Source of the DNA: Eledone cirrhosa
Lineage: Eukaryota
Direction: 5' to 3'
Assembly (NCBI GenBank): GCA_964016885.1
Contig: OZ024742.1
Location: 143,964,001-144,028,000, forward strand
Length of the DNA stretch: 64,000 nt
The notes beneath the pieces were generated by a model that saw only the letters and a list, made by a program, of their open reading frames with translations, did no database searches and had not been told where the DNA came from. Of this stretch, positions 55,644 to 64,000 are shown piece by piece (position 1 is the first letter of the stretch; each line of letters starts with the position of its first letter). The position numbers and the translations under genes were made by a program.

Positions 55644-58481
55644 CTGAAAATAAAATATAAAGGACATTTTATAAAGATGTGTGATTGGAATAATATTGAA
55701 TGCAAAATAGTGTAACAAGAACAGCAATAAAAATAGTGTGTGCATGTTGAAAGTAATAAACAGAATGATAAAATATAGATGAGTGACTCTATATCATGGG
55801 TATATGTGTTTGTGAGTATGTTTGGACAAAAGAAAGATAATGACAGAGCGTGTGTGTTTCTGTCTGTAGACAGAAGATGCATAAGAGTAGTGTATGTGTT
55901 GTACGTAATAAATATAACAAGGTGATGATGATTACAATGATTTGGATTGACATTATCTCAGACACAAGCAACATAACTGAAATGAAAATGGCAGACTTAA
56001 CCTACCTAAATAGAAAAAAAACCAAAAGAAAACCTATCAAACTTGTAAATACATCGATTATGATAAAAGATGTAGAAAGCATTTCAAACAGAGAATGACA
56101 ATTTTCCACAAAAATGCTTCAATCAGTCAAGAAAGGTATAAATAATATGGTTTTGCAAGAAATACCAACTACCTGCTGTTCAATCAATCAATCAACCTAA
56201 GACTGTCCAAAAGGGTAACTAATAAAATACTTTCAGAGCCATCATTCTTGGATACGAACTTAACAAGATGAAGAAATTACTCTGTAATTCCAGTGTCTTC
56301 ATTTACCATCATTAAGACAGTCTTGTTTTTCAAGTAGAATTGAAAGGAATCAAGGAAACGCCATTCTGCACAAATTGACACCTATTCTAGTATTTGTAGT
56401 ATCTGAGAATATATGTAAAAATTTCAATATGATATTATTTAAGAGATAAAGTGAAGAAAAATATAGTCACGATTCACAGCTAAACAGAAAAAGTTTTAAC
56501 ATTATCTTCTTTGTTACCAAAATGGCTAAGTTTTAATGTCTATTTGAAGTAGTCTTGAAATTTATTTTTGATACCATTTTTTAATGTCATTTTCCTATTG
56601 TCATGTTTAGGTTAATGAATTTAAAAAATTTCTTACACCACCACCATCATCATCATTATCATTATCTTGTGTCTATTTTCCATGCTTACATGAGTTATGT
56701 GGTTTGTTACATTTTGTGTCTAGACAGGCAGGTCAGATGTCTGTGTTTCACTCAAATGTTTCATTTCAGGATGGTTTCTACAGCTAGGTGACCTTCAAAA
56801 TGCCAACCACTTCATGATGTGTATCAGGTTTGTTTTCTCGTTGCATCACCACTACCATCTGACAAGATGAGTTGGATTTTTTTTTCATGGCACGATTACT
56901 ACTACTTTACACTGTGAGCTGGGTACTTTGTTTTGTGGCACCATCACTACCACCCGAGAGGTTGATCTGGGTGATTTTTTCATGGCAGCAGCACTACTAC
57001 TTTAAAGTGTGGGCTGTTACATATACGTTTTTAGTGGCTTAGTTAGATAGAGGAGGGAAGGATAGAACCCAATACTTTTCAGGCTTCACAAGATGGGTGC
57101 AAGAAAGTGAGAAAGTTATCTTCCAGTAGAATACCTGGGACAAATACTTGGCACTGAGTAGATTCTGCTAGAGATTCCCAAGAAACCAAGTGTTGGTGTT
57201 AATCCAAGTGATGGATTAGATCTATCACCCATAAACATATACAAATATACAAGTAAAATATAATTTTTCTCTTACAATTTTTCATTTTCTGGGAAAACGT
57301 TTTTTCCTTCAAAATACTGTTGTAATTTACATAATTATGCTAAATAAATTAGTTTTCTAATCAGTAAAATTATCCAATGTCTGTTGCAGTGCCTAGGGTA
57401 TACAATATTCATAATCTTTCTATCAGAAACTAAAAAGAACAAATTTCAGAAAAAAATTACATTGTTTATGACCTCCTGCTAAAATAAAATATACCTCTAT
57501 GCAAACCTTTAGCTATTTAGATGGAAAGCTGTAGCTTAATACATACATACAATACACACTGTACATACAGTACACACCATACATACATACAATACCTACC
57601 ATACATACATACATGCATATATACATGATGATGGCTGCCCCCTCGTTATCGAGTATGGCCATTGCACGGTATAACATTATTAATAATTATCAATTAATGC
57701 TATTGTGCAATGCCTGTGCATGAAGATTTTATTTTAAAGTGAGGAAAGACTGTGCACTGAGCCAATCCCACTCTGAGCAACAGTAGCTATAACCCGAAAA
57801 GAAGAAAATATCAACATCATCGGGAACTACTGAGCCGCAGGTTTTATGTCGGAGTTATCCCAGTTTCCTGGAATCCTAGAAGAATACCCTGCTAGGGGTC
57901 CTTCAATCCCTGTGGTTTAACCGTGCGATTGGGTATCCAGCCTGATTATTTCTATGTCCCCATGTTTATACATACATATGTATACATACATATACACATG
58001 TATATATATTTTTACACATTTTTGGATAGCCATTGACTCTTATGAGTTCTTCCGCCCTTTGTCATACATACATGCATACATGCATACATGCATACATCAA
58101 TCAATCAACCAGCCAGTGTTATTTCAGCCAAACTCAGAATGCAAGAGGCAGAAAGATGTAACAATTTTGCTAACCCACTGCCCTGAGTTGGTACTTTACC
58201 TTTCAACCTTTTGGGGTTGATTAATAAAGTTAACTTCTTAACTACATAGTCCTGACTGTACCCTATAAAAAAGACCCCCTTCAGTCATGAATGACCATGG
58301 GATTTGGACCTAGAAAGTTCCCCCTTGAGGCACACATCTGGGCAAGATTGTTTGTGGAAGACCAGCAGTCATCCATGCATACAAGTCACACCTCTCCATG
58401 CCACCGATGTTGTTCAAGGAAAATGCAAAGGGTGATACAATTTGGCACCCCTATTCTATATATATGGTGTATATATATTTA

Positions 58482-58575
58482 GGGTGTGGTAAAAAACCAG
58501 GTAGACCATAACCCACCAGAGTACTCGATACTTGGGGTAGTAGAGCTGGAGCTCAGCCATCGGGGTCCTGAATCT
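58482..58575 (+). mobile_element. Family H repeat, deleted copy 3
   Basis: GTGGTAAAAAACCAGGTAGACCATAAC...GAGCTCAGCCATCGGGGTC followed by (TA)n. Confidence 0.75.
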
Positions 58576-58678
<103 letters not shown>

Positions 58679-59429
58679 CTTAAATTTCTCTATTCTTTTA
58701 CACTTCTCATTCTCAACACATTCTTATCTTTAATTAATGCCAATAATATCTCTCTTGAATCACACTCTCCTGTCTTTAGAGAAAATAAAGGAAGAACACT
58801 CATTGAACAATGTAGCCATAAATATACAAAAAACAAAAAAACAAACAAACAAAAGGAATGGTCACTACTGTGATGCTTTTGATCATATTTGTAACACAAA
58901 ACTAAGTCTAAGCAACAGATATTTTTGTTTCAGAATGAAAGATGGTAATGGTGATAATAATGATAATTATAGTGAATTTATGGAACGAAGCAAGTGACTA
59001 AGTATAAGGAGGGGGTGAAGAGAGAAATAGAGATCTTAAGCAAGAACCACCTGCCAACTTCTATGGAATTTTGCTATATTTCTCAGCTGTTTATCCAGTG
59101 AACAATATCACTCTCACAAGCAAAATACAAGATTCAAAGTAAAATCACTAACTGGTATTAAATATAGGCTTAATTCAGGTTTACTCTACCTTACTTTTAA
59201 AAGACACTGGATTAAACAGTGACAGATAGATAGATGATTCTATGAGCGATTTTCTAATTGCATCCATATATATAAAAAGATGCATGAATATATATTTATG
59301 TAAGAGAACACATATTCAATGCAGGAAAAAATAAACAAAAATAAATTTATACATGCATCAAGAACTAAATATGATAGATAAGTAGTTGAAGAAAAATACA
59401 CACAGACATGTATATATATATATATATAT

Positions 59430-59824
59430 GGAGGCACATGGCTTAGTGGTTAGAGCATTGGCCTTGCAATCGAAAGGTTGTGAGTTCAATTCTCAGACCG
59501 GGTGATGTGTTGTTTCCTTGAGCAAGACACTTTATTTCACATTGCTCCAGTTTACTCAGCTGTAGAAATGAGATGATAGGGACTGGGGTCCCTATCATTC
59601 CACTGTAAAGTGGTCGTGGAGGTGCCACGGCAAAAAAGCACCCAGCACTCACTGTAAAGTGGTCGTGGAGGTGCCACGACAAAAAAGCACCCAGCACTCA
59701 CTGTAAATGAGGTTGGTGTTAGGAAGGGCATCCAGCTGTAGAAATCAAGCCAGAATCAGTTCCCGTCCCACCCTTGCAAGCAGGGAAAAGTGGACATAAA
59801 ATGATGATGATGATGATGATGATG
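59430..59824 (+). mobile_element. Family A SINE (full length)
   Basis: GGAGGCACATGGCTTAGTGG head, B box, CORE-like segment, ~50-bp tandem units, RTE tail and (ATG)n end. Confidence 0.93.
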
Positions 59825-59915
59825 ATATATATATATATGTTGATATTTATATATCTTCATGTTTTACACATAACTAAATGCACAGAAATATATAACAATT
59901 ATATATATATATATA

Positions 59916-60260
59916 TCATCATCATCACCATTTTACGTCCACCTTTCCCTGCTTGCAAGGGTGGGACGGGAACTGATTCTGGCTTGATTTCTACAGCTGG
60001 ATGCCCTTCCTAACACCAACCTCATTTACAGTGAGGGCTGAGTGCTTTTTTTCCGTGATGCCTACACGTGCACTTTACAGTGGAATGATAGGGACCTCAG
60101 TCCTCAGTCCCTATCATCTCATTTCTACGGCTGAGTAAACTGGAGCAATGTGAAATAAAGTGCCTTGCTCAAGGAAACAATACATCACCCGGTCTGAGAA
60201 TTGAACTCACAACCTTTCGATTGTAAGCCCAATGCTCTAACCACTAAGCCATGTGCCTCC
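59916..60260 (-). mobile_element. Family A SINE, inverted relative to its neighbour
   Basis: Reverse complement of 59430-59824. Confidence 0.93.
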
Positions 60261-60396
60261 ATATATTTATATATATAATTTAAAGCTAGTATTGATGTTG
60301 TATATGTCTTACAGTATAGTGTATTCAACTGTAGAAAAACTGCCTAAAGAAATTTTGACAAACTATAGAAAACCATGTGTGTATGTATATATCTAT

Positions 60397-60835
60397 CTAA
60401 GGCGGGTAAAATTCCCGAGATCCATGGACGAGTTCTCTCCAGCGGTCTCTGTCCCTCATTATCGCTGCCATGTCCTGCGTCTCCAACAGACCAGTGTCTG
60501 TCCTTAGGGCATCAACATACGTTAACCTTGGTCTTCCTCTTCTAGTGAGATCGGTGTGGAAGTCGGACCTTCGTAGAGACCTGAAAATCCGCCTCTTCAT
60601 TGCTGTAGTGGAGTCTGTGCTGCTGTATGGGTCTGAGACTTGGACACTGACCAAGAAACTCCCTCAGATGGTGGATGGATGCTACACGAGAATGCTGAGG
60701 ATGGCTCTGAACATTAATCAGTATACACTGAGGATGAAAAAACTCAGAGCTGTATGGGAGCATCCGAAGAGTCAGCTCAAAAGTGACACAGAGGAGACTG
60801 AGGTTAGCTGGACATGCTCACCGACATCCAGAGTA
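60397..60835. mobile_element. LINE insertion with 5' inversion
   Basis: Minus strand 60397-~60545 encodes the C-terminus 'RGRPRLTYVD...RDRDRWR'. Plus strand ~60548-60835 encodes the upstream 'VWKS...KIRLF...LLYGSETW...GHAHRHPE'. Confidence 0.85.
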
Positions 60836-60844
60836 TGTATATAT

Positions 60845-61238
60845 ATATATATATATGCCTTTTCATATGCAGGTGCTGATGCATACATCTAGTATGCGTC
60901 ACCTTCTCTCCCATACACCTGTTATGTTGTAAACACCCCACCCATAGATCTATCTCCCCCACCCAAGTCCCCAATCCATGCTATAAAATGGTCATTTTGG
61001 TACCACAACAATAAGCACCCAGTTCACACAGTAAAGTGGTTATGTAGGTTTCACGATAAAAAGCGCCTAGTCCACACAGTAAATGTGGTTGGCATTAGGA
61101 AGGGCATCCAGCCATAGAAACCAAGCCAAAATCAGTTCTGTGTAAGCAAAACATGGTCCTCCCACCTGGCTTGTCTCACAATGGGACAGCTTGTCTAACC
61201 CATGCTAGCGTGGAAAATGGATGTTAAATGATGATGAT
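60845..61238 (+). mobile_element. RTE 3' UTR fragment
   Basis: GGTTGGCATTAGGAAGGGCATCCAGC...GATGTTAAATGATGATG. Similar tails at about 29730, 32990, 40060, 54570, 56640 and 61960. Confidence 0.8.
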
Positions 61239-61356
61239 ATAAATATATATTATATTTTGTATGTAATATTATTTATTTATGTTCATACACAGAACAAAAA
61301 GTGTTACGTAAGGTTTGAAGGTCCAATTATGACCATCTCCCCATATTATGTGTGTG

Positions 61357-61446
<90 letters not shown>

Positions 61447-62309
61447 GTGAGAGAGAGAGGTGTATATGAAAACATAAACTTATGGGTAGCCACGCTGCTA
61501 AAGAAAAACATATTTTTATAACAAAAAATGTTTATTTTCCCTCTATTTTCCACTGCCAGTACATTTTGAGAATGTCATACAGTGCTGTTTCAAGATTTGT
61601 TAATCTTTCATCAGCGACATTCACTCAAACCATACTAGCATGACTACAGTCTATATACAATTTTGCTTGATGACCACTTGCTGGGGATGTTCCTTTGCAT
61701 ATAGCAAATAGAAAACATCAGCTGAAAATGGTAATTTACATGTAGAGTGAGATTGGCTGGTTATATCTAATTGGTGGTAACATTAAGTCAGTGTTTTAGC
61801 ACAACAGAGGTGTATATAAAAACATTTATAAGCATATGTAATACGCTTATATATAATAAACATATGGGTAGCCTCGCTGTCAAAGAATAACATTTTATCA
61901 TATTGAAAAAATGTTATTTTCGTCTATTTTTCTCTGTAAATATAGCAGAATTACCAGAACATCATTGTTTAACATCCATTTTCCACACTAGCATGGGTTA
62001 AATGAGTTGTCCTGTTGTGAAACAATTCCTATCAGGTGACCAAGTCTTGTTCATACCAAACTGCTTTTGGCTTGGTTTCTATGGCTGGATGCCCTACCTA
62101 ACACCTACCACATTTATAGCAGGCACTGGGTGTTTTTTTTTTTTATTTTTTTTATTGAGGCACCAAAATGACCAACTGACAGGTTGGACTGGGTTGGTAT
62201 TTATAAATAGAAGCATGTGTAAACACATACATACACATACACAGAAGCACCATCTAGCATAACCATAAATATGTCTATTTTACTGACCAGCAAACTGGTG
62301 ATATGTAGA

Positions 62310-62459
62310 TAGACAGAGAGAGATAGATACAAATAACAAGCAAACAAAGTATGAGAGAGAGAGAGAGAGAGAGAGAGATAGATACAAATAACAAGCAAAC
62401 AAAGTATGAGAGAGAGAGAGAGAGAGAGAGAGATAGATACAAATAACAAGCAAACAAAG

Positions 62460-62503
<44 letters not shown>
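62310..62503. repeat. Tandem repeat of a ~33-bp unit interleaved with (GA)n
   Basis: Three copies of GATAGATACAAATAACAAGCAAACAAAGTAT, each followed by a (GA)n tract. Confidence 0.9.
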
Positions 62504-62507
<4 letters not shown>

Positions 62508-62545
62508 TGAAAGAGAAATAGTCATAAACAGCTATGTATGTGTGG

Positions 62546-62577
<32 letters not shown>

Positions 62578-63119
62578 TGACGCAGACACATACATATTCA
62601 GGGAAACGGGTAAGTATCAGGTGCAGGAAATTAAGATATCTGTAAGAGGTGTGGTCAAAAAAAGTTAATGGGTGATGACATTGTAGATAAAAGTACACAA
62701 AGTGATTATAAATTACTTGTATTTGTATTAGAAAGAACAAAAAACAAAAACAAAAACAGTAATGGATAATACATACAACAACATCAGCAACACACACAAT
62801 GGGTGTAATAAGTAACATGAATCTAAATGGAATGTATATTCTGATAGAAAAGAAATAGGAAATATTTCCTTCAGAAAAAAAAAAAAAAAGGAGGGACATT
62901 CATTCATATTTACATTTGTGTGTTTGTGTATAGAGAGACACATGAAAAATAGCAAATTAATAAATGGTCGTATTATATGCCTATATACATACTTCCTAAG
63001 TGTGAATCTAATAAGACTGTCTTTTTGTATCTCTGTCTTTGTCTTGTCTATTGATAAACTATACACACATACATTATATGTGTGTATGTGAGTATGTGTG
63101 TGTGTATATGTATGTATAA

Positions 63120-63752
63120 ACTAAATGTAGATGAGTGGCTTGTGAAGACAGTACATGTCATGTTTAGAGGAGCAGTCAGCAAGGTTAGATTTAACAATGA
63201 CTATATTGAAGAAATGTAGCATGCAGATAGGAGTTCATCAGGGCTCCATTCTTAGCACTCTCATATTTATTACTGTTCTACAGAAGAGTTTAAGACCATG
63301 GGAACTTCTGCACGCAGATGATCTAACCCCCGTAGCTGAATCTAGAATTAGAGAAGAAATTCAAAACCTGGAAGCATGTCCTAGAATCAACCTGACACAG
63401 ACTAAAGTCCTAGCATGTATAAAAGAAAACAAGGCCCAGATACCCTCAGGGAAGTAGCCTTACTCAGTGTGAAGGGAAAGGGGTAGGTAGAAATTCCATC
63501 CTATATCCCAAATGCAAACTATGGGTACACAAGAGATGTAGTAGGATCTCAGGCAGGCTAGCAAAGAATGTAGGTTTTATATGTGATCAATGCACTGGTG
63601 CAGTAAGAAACAAGAGCTCACAGGATACTAGCTTCTTTAAATGCCCAGACAGCTCTGTAGAAATAGTAGTAGTTTCTGTTACCTAGGTGACCAAATTAGT
63701 AGTAAAGGTATTGTAGCCAGAGTGAGAATGGGATAGAAAAAGTTCAGGGAGC
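63120..63752 (+). mobile_element. Degenerate RTE RT fragment
   Basis: 'IGVHQGSILS', 'PWELLHADDL' and 'QIPSGK', plus Cys-finger remnants. Confidence 0.88.
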
Positions 63753-64000
63753 TACAAAAGCAGACATTAAAACAACGATAATGATGATGAATTTAGTGAC
63801 TTTGCCTCCCAAATTCTACTGGCCAGTCATATATTTGACTGGTATTTTCTAAGCATACAATTCTGATCTCACAGCTTCCAGTCAGCAAAAGCCATGTAAG
63901 ATGGAATAGATATTAGAAAAACAACTATAACAGAACACGTGATAATAAAACTGGAATATATAACTCTGAAAGGAGCAACTTAATAATATCACAATAGAGA

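Noticed and set aside
56170-56405. Next upstream glypican exon
   Set aside because: There is an AG/GT-like frame, but I found no CWNG-type motif or sustained glypican-like reading frame.
59430-59500. tRNA gene
   Set aside because: It has A and B boxes but no proper acceptor stem and continues into a multi-copy SINE body.
61550-61735. Minus-strand exon after a ttttcAG acceptor
   Set aside because: All three frames hit stop codons within about 30 codons.

Overview
AT-rich, repeat-dense animal genomic DNA. The repeat repertoire (RTE LINEs with CAT tails, tRNA-headed SINEs, long (TA)n tracts) suggests a cephalopod such as Octopus; this is an inference. The only host coding sequence I can support is the last three coding exons of a glypican (GPC3/5-Dally type) on the minus strand (55538-55643, 52737-52884, 48558-48751). 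They splice in frame and encode the DKLxHIxQ motif, the acidic Ser-Gly heparan-sulfate site and a GPI-signal-like tail. Its upstream exons probably lie beyond the right edge of the window. A candidate bidirectional CCAAT-box promoter sits at about 15.5-15.85 kb. The rest is mostly transposon-derived: RTE, R4/Dong-like, CR1 and Penelope-like retroelements, SINEs, and mariner, Tigger/pogo, hAT and piggyBac-type DNA elements and MITEs, many with visible TSDs. The most unusual signals are (i) minimal hammerhead-ribozyme motifs, (ii) several unrelated non-coding fold-back elements next to TA-rich tracts, including a family whose terminal hairpin loop occurs in both orientations (flip/flop), (iii) a young SINE that shares its 3' tail and VNTR with the local RTE LINE, and (iv) a twin-priming-type inverted LINE insertion. 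No database searches or folding programs were run, and repeat boundaries without TSDs are approximate.
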